Shown here: piece by piece, positions 9,112-18,390 of the stretch
How the letters are laid out: every line of letters begins with the position of its first letter
How positions within the stretch are numbered: position 1 is the stretch's first letter
Origin: a virus
Taxonomy: Duplodnaviria; Caudoviricetes
Strand: one strand, 5' to 3'
IMG/VR virus record: IMGVR_UViG_3300006805_000023
DNA: 64,000 nucleotides
Program-made: the position numbers and the translations under genes
The notes under the pieces: model-generated
What the model saw: only the letters and a program-made list of their open reading frames with translations
Database searches by the model: none
What the model was told of the DNA's origin: nothing

Positions 9112-10830
9112 TTATGCTATCACGACTTTGTCAACCCGGCACCCGTTGTCCTTGAGATACTTGACGATGCGGCGTGAGTTTTTAGCCAAAGACATGTTGT
9201 GCAGGTCGATCGGCACGTGGACGGTCCCGTGGGTCTTGCCCTCTGCGATACGTCCCACGCGACCGTCTTGCTGGGTCAGAAGCTGCTCACCGGGCTGGCC
9301 GTCGAGCTTGATCAGGTGGTAGAGACCTGGAATGTCGATCCCCTCGCTGACTGACTGATAGATGGCGAGGAGACCGGACACCTTACCCTCGGCGAACTTC
9401 TTGAGTGCCTCTTGGTTCTCGCCGGAGGTGCGGTCGCCCGATACTACCCCGAACGACATCCCGGATTGCTGCAGCAGCCCAGTCAGACGGTCCACGTGGC
9501 GCAGCTTTGCCACGGTCATCAGCCAGGGTTCCCCTTTGGCTGATAAGGAGGCAGCCAGATCGACAGCCCACTGGTTGCGGGGCTTGTACTCCATGATGCC
9601 GATGTCGTGTGAGGTCTGATACACCAGACTGTTTTTAGTCATCTGCGACGGCTTGACTTGAGCCATCTTACCAGTGGCCTTGTCCTTCGCGTAAACACCG
9701 AACTTGGCCTTGTCCACCTTGGTCTTGCCCTTATCATCCGTCGTCGTGCACATCTGGCTGGCCTTCCCGTTCTCGTCGAGGCCGTGGTAGATCCCGTAGG
9801 TCCAGGAGTCGGCCCCGACCATCTTGAAGGCCGCCTTGACCCCGTCCCTGATGCTCGAGGGTAGGTTGGACGTGATCGCGGGCCAGGACTTCGCGGTGTA
9901 GGAGCAGACCACGACCGGGCAACGGCGCTCGACAGCTTCCGATTCAAGGAGGAGCGGTCCAAACTGGGCTTCGATGGTGTGCTCCTTCTGCTTGTTGCCA
10001 GCCTGAGTATACTGCAGCTTACCGGACAGGCCCCATAGAGAAGCCTCTGGGCATCGCTCGGAGGCCTTGGTCCATAGCCCAGAGGCTTGGTGATGTCCCT
10101 CGTCCACCACCACGTGAGTAACCTGAGCTAGGAACTCGTCACCCTCAAGGCAGTTCATTTCAGAGATCGTGTGCGGGGTCGCAATGACCACGTTGGCGTC
10201 AAGTTGCAGTTGAGAGTCACCTGCGATGCCCATACGGAGCAGTCCATCGGTGCCCTCGTCGAACCTCTTATAGGTCTGGTGCAGCAGATTGCGGTTCGGC
10301 ACTAGGACCAGAAACACGGCGTCGGACTGATGCTGCAGGTGGCAGGCCGATGCGTTGATCATGATCTCGGTCTTGCCGGAGCCGGTCTTGAACTGGATGG
10401 AGGCGAGACGCTGGCGCAGCAGCAGCTCGCATACCTCCTGTTGAGCCGGAGACAGTGTCTTCCCTTTCAGGAGCTGTTGGAAGGGCGAGGGGTCGCTGAC
10501 CTCAAGGTAGGGCCTTACGGCGTCCATGAGACCGGTCAGGAATGGGGCCTCGCTCTCGGCCAGTTTGCCGTAGAGGCCGAGGGGGCAGCCGTATACCCCA
10601 GGCCCGTTCCAGTCGCGGTCGATCGAACGCACGAAGCCGTCCCAGTCGCGATAGAAAGGATTCTTCGGGTGCTTACGCTTAAGAAAAAAGGCCTGCGGAT
10701 GCTTGATCCGGGTGGCGTGATGGATAGCTCGCCAGGCAATGTCGTTGCGGCAGTAAAAACGGATCTCCCGCCCAAATACTGAGATGTCCGGAAGGCCGAG
10801 GGTGCTAATTGACTGGAGGGCAGAACTCAT
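9112..10830 (-). CDS. superfamily 2 DNA helicase, UvsW-like
   Basis: TGSGKT (motif I), VVVDEGHH (II), GLSG (III), SEGIDIP (V), QQDGRVGR (VI). Confidence 0.9.
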   Translation of the reverse strand: MSSALQSISTLGLPDISVFGREIRFYCRNDIAWRAIHHATRIKHPQAFFLKRKHPKNPFYRDWDGFVRSIDRDWNGPGVYGCPLGLYGKLAESEAPFLTGLMDAVRPYLEVSDPSPFQQLLKGKTLSPAQQEVCELLLRQRLASIQFKTGSGKTEIMINASACHLQHQSDAVFLVLVPNRNLLHQTYKRFDEGTDGLLRMGIAGDSQLQLDANVVIATPHTISEMNCLEGDEFLAQVTHVVVDEGHHQASGLWTKASERCPEASLWGLSGKLQYTQAGNKQKEHTIEAQFGPLLLESEAVERRCPVVVCSYTAKSWPAITSNLPSSIRDGVKAAFKMVGADSWTYGIYHGLDENGKASQMCTTTDDKGKTKVDKAKFGVYAKDKATGKMAQVKPSQMTKNSLVYQTSHDIGIMEYKPRNQWAVDLAASLSAKGEPWLMTVAKLRHVDRLTGLLQQSGMSFGVVSGDRTSGENQEALKKFAEGKVSGLLAIYQSVSEGIDIPGLYHLIKLDGQPGEQLLTQQDGRVGRIAEGKTHGTVHVPIDLHNMSLAKNSRRIVKYLKDNGCRVDKVVIA

Positions 10831-10837
10831 TTAACTT
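10809..10837 (+). promoter_or_regulatory. sigma70-like promoter TTGACT-N17-TAACTT
   Basis: 8 nt upstream of ATG 10846. Confidence 0.6.
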
Positions 10838-10845
10838 CTTGTCCT

Positions 10846-11223
10846 ATGCAAGAAAACACGCCTACACCCACCGTCAAGCCAACCTCAACACTTGGATTCC
10901 TCCTGAGCCAGGACAACAACGCCACCCGCGAACGTCGCGTGCGGTCTCTGCTCAAGAACATCGCGACTGAACAGAGCACGCTCATCATCAACCTGGAGCG
11001 CGAAGAAAACGCCCTTCAGGCCAAGCTGGAGAGCCTGTCCGATCAGCTGGCACCGGACGACACCACGTCCCTCAAATTCGGCAAAGATGCCGACGGAAAG
11101 GACCTCGACTGCTCCAAGTGGGTGGCCGACGTTCAAGCCACCAAAGAAGCCATCGAGGAGGTCAAGTTCCGGCTTGAAATCGCTCGCGGAACCCTTCAGG
11201 AGTTCACCCAACAACAGGCATGA
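10846..11223 (+). CDS. coiled-coil hypothetical protein
   Basis: Heptad-rich 125-aa ORF behind a promoter. Confidence 0.7.
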   Translation: MQENTPTPTVKPTSTLGFLLSQDNNATRERRVRSLLKNIATEQSTLIINLEREENALQAKLESLSDQLAPDDTTSLKFGKDADGKDLDCSKWVADVQATKEAIEEVKFRLEIARGTLQEFTQQQA

Positions 11224-11837
11224 AGATCTTCTTGGTCCCGTCCAAACTTGCGTCCAGCAAGTTTCAGAACAAGATCGAGCTGCTTTACGACGTCCTGCGA
11301 ACACATCAGGCAGGAGTGAAGCATGCGGTGACAACCGCCAGCACGGACTCCGACTTCAATGAAGAACACGCGAGCGAGGCAAACCTCGTCGTGTTCGCCA
11401 TTACTAAGAGCACCGTGTGGCGTCATCGGGGGGACCCTGCCAACAGGGTTCGACCGCAGAATAAGCTGATCATCGGGCGTGGTGTTTACGACATCAACAG
11501 GATTGTGTGTGATAACATGAGCGACGACGAACTGGTTACGGAGGCCGTCGTGGTCTTCGTGGACGAGGAGTCTGATTCTCGTGCTCACTTCAACGCCTAT
11601 CGGATGCCACACACCAGAGACTTCAGACAGATGGGAAGCACCCGTCCGTCTGGCTTCACAAAGGACACGGACTGGAACCAGTTCGCTTGGTGCGACTGGG
11701 AACCCAACGAGATCGGCTTCCCAGCGCTCCTGCAATGGCAGTCGCCTGAGTATCGGAAGCGCAAAGGCACGGTACCGCCCAAGAAGACCAGGCTTGCAGT
11801 CGCCTGTCGCTACTTGAGGAAGGCCGGTCGGCGCTAA
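11220..11837 (+). CDS. hypothetical protein
   Basis: ATGA-coupled to the previous gene; followed by a terminator. Confidence 0.65.
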   Translation: MKIFLVPSKLASSKFQNKIELLYDVLRTHQAGVKHAVTTASTDSDFNEEHASEANLVVFAITKSTVWRHRGDPANRVRPQNKLIIGRGVYDINRIVCDNMSDDELVTEAVVVFVDEESDSRAHFNAYRMPHTRDFRQMGSTRPSGFTKDTDWNQFAWCDWEPNEIGFPALLQWQSPEYRKRKGTVPPKKTRLAVACRYLRKAGRR

Positions 11838-11857
11838 ACAACCAACCAGAAAATGCA

Positions 11858-11893
11858 GCAGGCCTGGGAGTGATCCCAGGCCTGCTCTCTTTT
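11858..11893 (+). terminator. intrinsic terminator between convergent genes
   Basis: GCAGGCCTGGGA-gtga-TCCCAGGCCTGC 12-bp stem followed by TCTCTTTT. Confidence 0.8.
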
Positions 11894-11935
11894 GTGGCGA
11901 GACGCCCCCACGGCTCTCATCTCACAAAGCTTGTG

Positions 11936-13003
11936 TCAGACGATCATGTTGCTCAAGTCCCCAAGAGCCACCGATGAGCCGGTCCGGTAGGACTCAACTT
12001 CCGTCTCTTGGGGGGCCACCTGAACCAAATGGCCGTCGAACCACTTGTCGATCCAGCCAATAGGGTTGGTCTTCTGTCCGAAAATAGCTGGCAGGCCGAT
12101 GCTCTGGAGGCGGAGGTCGGTGATGAACTTGTTGAAGCCGATCATGCGTGCTTCATCCAGGTTTGCAATTGGGCCTTCTGAGAAGAGGTACTTGGACCAT
12201 TCGATTTCCTCCTGAGCCGCCACCTCAAACATCTCGATGGCGAGCGGCTTGCACTCCTCCCAGACATCCATGAACCCCTCGCGTGGGTCGGTCCTCATAG
12301 CGTTGAGGATTGTCGAGGTGATCTCGACGTGCACGTTTTCGTCGCGGCAGATCTCACGGACGATTTTGGCGTTGCCTTCCATCTTGGCACGCGGTGGCTC
12401 AGCCAGGGCGAACGCGCAGGCAAAGGAGCCGTAGAAGCGGACGCCTTCGAGGATCTGAGTGCTCAGCAGGGTCAAAAGGATCTGCTTGCGCGGGTCGTCA
12501 CCCTCAAAGGCGATCAGGCGGTCGAACTCGGCTTTGACGGCGGCACCGCGCTTGATGATCTCCGGGTTTGTCAGGGCGTCGTCGAAGATCTTTCCAGCGT
12601 CCGGCGTGGCGTTCTGCAGCAGATAGGTGTAAGAGTAGCTGTGGAGGTTCTCGCAGAAGATCCAGTAGTTGAACGCTGCCTCCATTTCGGTCAGCGACAC
12701 GTAGGGCATCAGGGAACTCACACCACGCGTGATCACGGTGTCCATGGCGGTCTGATACTGCAGGTTCAGAGTGAACACGCGGCGTTCCTGTGGGTTCAGG
12801 CGCTCAAAATCGGGACGGTCCTTGGTGAGATCCATGCGCTCCGGACGCCAGAAGAAGTTCATCTGTTTCTTGAACAGCTCAAGAAACTCCGGGCGTTGGG
12901 GCCGATCATAACGGTGGAGACCCAGCGGGGCTCCCAAGAACATAGGTTGTCCGCTACAGTCGGTGGCTGTGTCATCGAATACGGTGCGTTTGGGAAGGAT
13001 CAT
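11936..13003 (-). CDS. nrdB: ribonucleotide reductase class Ia beta subunit
   Basis: FFWRPE, ENLHSYSY, EGVRFYGSFA and RDENVH di-iron ligand motifs. Confidence 0.95.
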   Translation of the reverse strand: MILPKRTVFDDTATDCSGQPMFLGAPLGLHRYDRPQRPEFLELFKKQMNFFWRPERMDLTKDRPDFERLNPQERRVFTLNLQYQTAMDTVITRGVSSLMPYVSLTEMEAAFNYWIFCENLHSYSYTYLLQNATPDAGKIFDDALTNPEIIKRGAAVKAEFDRLIAFEGDDPRKQILLTLLSTQILEGVRFYGSFACAFALAEPPRAKMEGNAKIVREICRDENVHVEITSTILNAMRTDPREGFMDVWEECKPLAIEMFEVAAQEEIEWSKYLFSEGPIANLDEARMIGFNKFITDLRLQSIGLPAIFGQKTNPIGWIDKWFDGHLVQVAPQETEVESYRTGSSVALGDLSNMIV

Positions 13004-13039
13004 GGATCGTGCGTTATAGTGGGATTGTTACGGGAGAAA

Positions 13040-16000
13040 TTAAAGGGTGCAGGCACCGCCTGCGCAGCCAGATTCTTCCAGGAATGGGGCCTGGGTGTCA
13101 ACGTGCTCGGAGACCGTCTGGCGGTCGTCATCGTCAGACACGATGTAGTAGAGAGACTTGCCGCCGATCCGGAAGAAAAACAGCTGTTCACGCAGAATCA
13201 GCTCCAGTGGGATCTTGCCGTCCGGGTAACGCTTGTATTGGTAGTACAGGTTCGTGGAGATCGACATGCACATGAACTTCTGAATCGCGGCGGCGATGCT
13301 GAGGTATCCAAAGTTGTCCTTCATCCCGAAGGCGTGCTGATAGACTCCGAGCGTCCCTTCTCTGGTCAGAACCTGAGGAACCAACACGCGGACCGGGCCA
13401 GACTTGGACTTTTTGAAGGTCACTTCGGAACGCACCGGGTCGATCCCGTTGGTGCTGTTCTGGACGACCGAAGACGACTCGCACGGCATCTGAGCCGACA
13501 GCGTGCAGTTGCGCAGGCCGTGCTTCTTGATGCGCTCACGCAGGCCTTCCCAATCCATCTTCAGAGGAACCGTCACGATTGTGTCCAGGTCCTTCTTGTA
13601 ATGGTCGATCGGCAGCAGGCCCTGAGCGTATTTAGTATCCCTGAAGCCGGGGGCTGCGCCCAGCTCTTCGGCCAGCTTGCAGGAGGCATCGAGCAGGTGC
13701 CACTGCACCATTTCCATGAGTTCGGCGACGCGGTTCGGGGCGTCCGGGTGGTCGTAAGTGAGGCCTTCGCGAGCCAGCCAGGCGGCGAGGTTGGTGAGGC
13801 CGACTCCGAGGGAGCGCCAGTACTTGCAGAACTGCTCGGCGGCAGGCACTGGGTAGCTCTGGTAGTCGATCAGGGTATCGAGGTGAGACACCGTGGTGTA
13901 GGCGATCCTGGAGATGTTGTCGGCGGTGATTTCGGTGGCGTTGAGAGCACTCAGGATGCACAAGCCAATCCAACCGGGGCCGTCGATGTGCTGAATTGGG
14001 ATCGTCGGGTGGGTGACCTCCATGCACTGTCCAGTTACAATGCCGTTCACAATGATCTGATGATTCTCGGGCTCGGTCAGACAGAAGGTTTCCTCCTCAC
14101 CAGCGTAGGTGATGCTCTCGACTTCCCTGAAGTAGAGGTTGTGGGAGTTGTTGCTGCCAGGGTGCGTCGCCAGCCACTCGCGGAGCGAAGCCATCTTGGA
14201 CTCCTGGCGAACCCCGATAAGGTCCGCAAACAGCACCAGATTATCTCGTGAGGAGATCATCAGACGCCAGGTGGCCTTGCCGTCATACTCGCGCATCCCG
14301 CCCTTGCCGTCTTTCATCAGGCGCTTGCCAGCCTTGACTCCAGGGTGGAGCGATGACATGATACCAAACTGGCTCAGCAAGACTTGCACCTCACGAAGGA
14401 GAGACTTGCTGACCTGAGCAATCGTGACGCTGGCAGAGGCACCATAACAGCCGATTGTAGCATCAGCGGTGTAGAGACCACGCAGGAAAGCCCCAACCGT
14501 GGTTTTCGTCCCACGCCAGATGCTAGCTGGAACGCGATGCTTGCTGCCGGGGGTGACACCATCCGCTAGCAACCTGCGCCCAAAGGGGAGGCTACGCGCA
14601 CTTGCCACCCAGTACCCGAAGGCCTCGTCGAAATGTTTGTTGCTAAACGAGTAATCGGGGACGAGTTCGGATGTTGGGGAACTGTCAGTGAACAGCTGCT
14701 TCAGGAGGCTGGAGAACACCGGCCCCAACTCATCGATTTCATCATCCCACAGCTTGATGATGCCGTGCTGACTGGTAGCGTTGCGGGTTGAAACAGAACC
14801 GTCTCCGATGAGGTGCCCAGCAAGCTCAGCGTAGGTGATGTCATCAAAGTCTCCGAAAAATTCAGTATTGGATACCCTGATGCGGCTGCCAGCTGCTAAC
14901 TCGAACAACCTAGCTCTGCCGCCATCATAAAGCTCGAATTCATGATGAGCTGTTGCCCTCACGGTGAGACCACCAGACAGTTTCAGGTCGAACACCTCAG
15001 ATGACTCAGAGGTCCTCACCACTGGTGTGGAGTTGGCCACCCCGTGCTGGTTGACCACGAAGGAACTGTTGAAGTCAGCACCAGAACCAAGTTCGTGGCA
15101 GCCTTGCTCCAGCCAGAGGTCGCGCATCGGGCGGTACCCGGAAGTGGTGAGCAGTTTGGTGTCACCACTGAGACAGAGGTTGGACATGCGGACCGGCAGC
15201 GAAAAGGAGGAGTGCGTGTTGCAGTTCTCGATGTGCAGGTAGTAGAGGCGGCCAGTCTCAAGGGTGACATCGAGCGAGAGGTTCACCAGCTCCTTGGCTG
15301 AGATCTTCTTGGTGGTCAGTCCGGGGCGACTCTCGCATTCAACGTAGAGGCGGTCGAAGTCCGGAGTCCCCCAAGCCTCATACAGGTCCTTCACCTCGTT
15401 AGGGTTGAACAACGTGATGTCCTGTCCTGCGATGGCGCGGAGGTAAAGCATCCGGTTGACCACGATGCAATAGTCCAGCTTGAACACCTTGCGGTCGTGG
15501 GAGCCACGGGTCGAGGACTTAGCGATCACCAGCGACTCCACCTCAAGGTGCCAGAACTGGAAGAAGACCGTGGCCGACGCCGAGCGCACCCCGTGCTGGC
15601 TGGTGGACTTGATGGTTGACTCGAACATCTTCAGGAACGGAATCACGCCGGTCGAGACGACCTCCCCAGACGCCACCGTGGAGTTCTGAGGGCGAATCCT
15701 GGAGATATTCAGGCCAAGACCAGCACGGGCTGCCCCATACTTCATCATGGCAAGGTTGGTGTGGCCGATGGAATCAAGCGTATCGTCCATTTCAGCCAGA
15801 GTGCAGCTGGCAAACTGCCGCAGCGGGGTCCTGAGACCAGCACGCACTGGAGTGGGCTGGGAGATCACTAGAGTGGACACGCCGTGATAGAGATCGCGGA
15901 CCAGCTGCATCCTGACCTCACGCGGCTTGACGGCGTAGAGGGCGAGGGCTGTGATCATGATAGCGAACTGCGGGGTCTCGTAATGGCACTCCGAAGCCCG

Positions 16001-16321
16001 GTCTTGCACCAGATACTTCTCCATCCACCACACGATAGCAGCATAGGTGTAGCCGAGGTCGCGGGTGTGGTCGATGGCCTGCTCGGCCTCGTCCAGCTCA
16101 GCTTCCGAGTAGAGGGCGAGAGCCTGATCGTAGCGATGGGCGCTCAGACCCTGGTGCAGGAAGTTCTTCAGAGAAGGTGCAATGGTTCCGTCCCCTCCCC
16201 ACACCTCTCGGCGCAGGGCAAGGTTCAGCAACAGGGACGCCTGATACTGGGTGTCTGGGTTTTCCGGCGAGATGGTATCTCCGGCAGATTTTGCGGCAAG
16301 CTTAAGTTCGTCGATGGTCAT
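13040..16321 (-). CDS. nrdA: ribonucleotide reductase class Ia alpha subunit with intein
   Basis: FASC, SNL-[intein]-CMEV, CILSALN, MPCESSS, C-terminal CAGGAC; ATG 16321 preferred over TTG 16354. Confidence 0.95.
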   Translation of the reverse strand: MTIDELKLAAKSAGDTISPENPDTQYQASLLLNLALRREVWGGDGTIAPSLKNFLHQGLSAHRYDQALALYSEAELDEAEQAIDHTRDLGYTYAAIVWWMEKYLVQDRASECHYETPQFAIMITALALYAVKPREVRMQLVRDLYHGVSTLVISQPTPVRAGLRTPLRQFASCTLAEMDDTLDSIGHTNLAMMKYGAARAGLGLNISRIRPQNSTVASGEVVSTGVIPFLKMFESTIKSTSQHGVRSASATVFFQFWHLEVESLVIAKSSTRGSHDRKVFKLDYCIVVNRMLYLRAIAGQDITLFNPNEVKDLYEAWGTPDFDRLYVECESRPGLTTKKISAKELVNLSLDVTLETGRLYYLHIENCNTHSSFSLPVRMSNLCLSGDTKLLTTSGYRPMRDLWLEQGCHELGSGADFNSSFVVNQHGVANSTPVVRTSESSEVFDLKLSGGLTVRATAHHEFELYDGGRARLFELAAGSRIRVSNTEFFGDFDDITYAELAGHLIGDGSVSTRNATSQHGIIKLWDDEIDELGPVFSSLLKQLFTDSSPTSELVPDYSFSNKHFDEAFGYWVASARSLPFGRRLLADGVTPGSKHRVPASIWRGTKTTVGAFLRGLYTADATIGCYGASASVTIAQVSKSLLREVQVLLSQFGIMSSLHPGVKAGKRLMKDGKGGMREYDGKATWRLMISSRDNLVLFADLIGVRQESKMASLREWLATHPGSNNSHNLYFREVESITYAGEEETFCLTEPENHQIIVNGIVTGQCMEVTHPTIPIQHIDGPGWIGLCILSALNATEITADNISRIAYTTVSHLDTLIDYQSYPVPAAEQFCKYWRSLGVGLTNLAAWLAREGLTYDHPDAPNRVAELMEMVQWHLLDASCKLAEELGAAPGFRDTKYAQGLLPIDHYKKDLDTIVTVPLKMDWEGLRERIKKHGLRNCTLSAQMPCESSSVVQNSTNGIDPVRSEVTFKKSKSGPVRVLVPQVLTREGTLGVYQHAFGMKDNFGYLSIAAAIQKFMCMSISTNLYYQYKRYPDGKIPLELILREQLFFFRIGGKSLYYIVSDDDDRQTVSEHVDTQAPFLEESGCAGGACTL
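14027..15175 (-). mobile_element. LAGLIDADG intein in NrdA (383 aa) ending in Gln
   Basis: Starts CLSGDTKLL; block B ATAHH; LAGHLIGDG and FLRGLYTADA; ends NGIVTGQ before the catalytic Cys. Confidence 0.92.
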
Positions 16322-16328
16322 GTGGGGA

Positions 16329-16589
16329 CTAGGCAGAAAGCCAGGAAAGGGCAAACTGAGTTAAAGTTACGTTAGCCCCTTCAATAACGACAAGACCGCA
16401 CTCTTTCAGCCACTCCACAGCGGGGGTGACTTGAGTGCTGCCATTATCTCGAATTGACTGGAGGAGCCGCCAGTCATCACCCGTGATCTCGACCAGATTG
16501 ACGTTGTCAGTGGCGGTCGTGATCATCCCAGTCTCGATCAGACGAGGCTCTTTAGTGCGTTGAGCAAGTTCTTCGCGAAGAGACAGCAT
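16329..16589 (-). CDS. hypothetical protein
   Basis: 86-aa ORF packed between baseplate and nrdA genes. Confidence 0.55.
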   Translation of the reverse strand: MLSLREELAQRTKEPRLIETGMITTATDNVNLVEITGDDWRLLQSIRDNGSTQVTPAVEWLKECGLVVIEGANVTLTQFALSWLSA

Positions 16590-16591
16590 GG

Positions 16592-17353
16592 CTAGTCGGT
16601 GTGGATGATGATGGGTGGGAGACCTTGCCAGGCCGGGTTGGTGTCCGGCAGGATGATGCGGTACCTCGGGTAGTACTGAGTGCCGTTCACCATACCGTCA
16701 GCTGTAGTGATCCTGAAGTACACGGGCTGGGTCGCGTAGGTGGCAAGGTCGATCCCGTTGGCAGGGAACGGAAGGTGAGCTCCCTGACCGTTACCAGACC
16801 ATGGATCGTAGTAGAACCAGCGCTCAATGGAGGCAGCTGTCAGCCTGCTCAAAACGACTGCCGAGTACTGGCTGTCGGTGGCGAGTTGCAGCTCGATGTG
16901 CGCCGTCCCAGTGCCACAATCAGGCAGCTGGATGATGAGGTTGAAAATCGTGGAATCAGCGACCGTGACGGGTGCTGCGACCCGGTTCGGAGTCTGGTAC
17001 TGAGGCGGTGTATAAGGGGCTGGGCTTGGCTGGCGAGCAGGCACCTGAGAGGAGTTGACGATGACACCGGCGGGGCGCACTTCGCCCCATGACCAGTCTG
17101 GAATGCGCAGACGATCTCCGACCCGTAGCGAGAATGGGTCTGTGATTGTGTTATAGTCGAGGACGACCCACCAGCGCTCCGTCGTCCCGTAGTAGCGATA
17201 CGAGATCAGCTCAGGCCGGTCGATGTCGCCCTGAGTGATCACGTGGAGCTTTTCGGCGACCTTGCCGTAGGCAGGCGGGTGCCATTCAGCATACGCCACC
17301 ACACCATCCTGACTGAACGTCGGAGTTTGGAGGAAGCGTGAATCGGGGATCAT
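16592..17353 (-). CDS. baseplate wedge protein with LysM-like fold (T4 gp53-like N-terminus)
   Basis: GDIDRPELISYRYYG....WWVVLDYNTITDPF.L..G..LRIP. Confidence 0.8.
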   Translation of the reverse strand: MIPDSRFLQTPTFSQDGVVAYAEWHPPAYGKVAEKLHVITQGDIDRPELISYRYYGTTERWWVVLDYNTITDPFSLRVGDRLRIPDWSWGEVRPAGVIVNSSQVPARQPSPAPYTPPQYQTPNRVAAPVTVADSTIFNLIIQLPDCGTGTAHIELQLATDSQYSAVVLSRLTAASIERWFYYDPWSGNGQGAHLPFPANGIDLATYATQPVYFRITTADGMVNGTQYYPRYRIILPDTNPAWQGLPPIIIHTD

Positions 17354-18390
17354 TAGGTGTCGGGGCTGTTTGACAGCGAGATTTCGGCTTCGAACACCTG
17401 CTCTGGAGCATTGGCAAGGCTGCTCTTGACTTTTACTTTGCGCCCGTTGGGGCCGGTCGTCACCACAGTAACTGATGAAATAGACACTCGCGGTTCTGGA
17501 GCCACGGCATCACTCGTGTAGGCTGCTGCAATCTGGTCGAGGAGCGGGGTGGCCTGCTCGAAGACTAACTCAGGCAGTCTGCTGCCGATCCAAGGGCGCA
17601 TCAGGCGCTCCCCGATCCTGGTTTCGAGCAACATTGTGATGCTGGATTGCACCAAATCGGTGTCGTAGATGGTCGGGAAGGCCCAGGAAGAGTCCGTGGC
17701 ACCCTCCAGGCTGCTCACTTGGGCGTAGGAGCGGCGACGCATCTCGACGTTGGCCGTGGCGACGTCGTAATCGTCTTGAGCCGGTATCGTCAGGGTGAAC
17801 TTACCCGCCCCCTGATCCTTGACGACACGGCCAAAAGTGACCTTACGGCCAGGCTGCCAGATCGTGACCTCGGTTCCAGGCTCAAGAGAGATACCACCAG
17901 CCAGAATGACGTCGAACGACCCGCTTGCCAGCCTCGACGCCAAGGTCGTGGTGGTTGATGGGTAGAGGGTCTGAGTGGAAGCTGAAGGAGTGGACAGCTT
18001 GAGGATTGGAAGACCCAGACCACCCCAGCGGCGTAACACTATCTGCCTCTCTGCCTGAGGCATGATTCGCAAGGCGGCCACATCGTTCGGGGACGCAGCC
18101 GAGAAGGTGCCAGACGAGTTAACGCACCGAATCCTGATGAAAAATTCACCCGGAGTGTCGTAGGTGTGCTGGTACGCGAAGTCCCTGCCGACCGGCAAAA
18201 AGTCGCCAGTATCGACCGACCCATCGCCCCAGTCCACGATGAACTTCACGTAGGGGTCGTCATCCAGTCCGGAGGATACGGCGGCGACCTGGACCGATGC
18301 GATCATGAGGTGGTCCAGAATCCAGCGACCGCCGGACTCACTGGCGTTGCCGACAAGCAGCCTGCGGTTGACCAGCTTAGGCGCTGCCAT
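17353..18390 (-). CDS. PKD/Ig-domain protein fused to a gp25-like baseplate wedge domain
   Basis: VDWGDG...HTY.TPG.F (PKD); LVQSSITMLLETRIGERLMRPWIGS.L..LVFE (gp25/GPW). Confidence 0.8.
   Translation of the reverse strand: MAAPKLVNRRLLVGNASESGGRWILDHLMIASVQVAAVSSGLDDDPYVKFIVDWGDGSVDTGDFLPVGRDFAYQHTYDTPGEFFIRIRCVNSSGTFSAASPNDVAALRIMPQAERQIVLRRWGGLGLPILKLSTPSASTQTLYPSTTTTLASRLASGSFDVILAGGISLEPGTEVTIWQPGRKVTFGRVVKDQGAGKFTLTIPAQDDYDVATANVEMRRRSYAQVSSLEGATDSSWAFPTIYDTDLVQSSITMLLETRIGERLMRPWIGSRLPELVFEQATPLLDQIAAAYTSDAVAPEPRVSISSVTVVTTGPNGRKVKVKSSLANAPEQVFEAEISLSNSPDT

Noticed and set aside
12329-14251. 640-aa plus-strand ORF
   Set aside because: Antisense shadow of nrdB/nrdA; typical of high-GC3 coding DNA, with no motifs
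16329-16589. Small ORF as the missing N-terminal half of the NrdA ATP cone
   Set aside because: Different frame, and no resemblance to ATP-cone motifs
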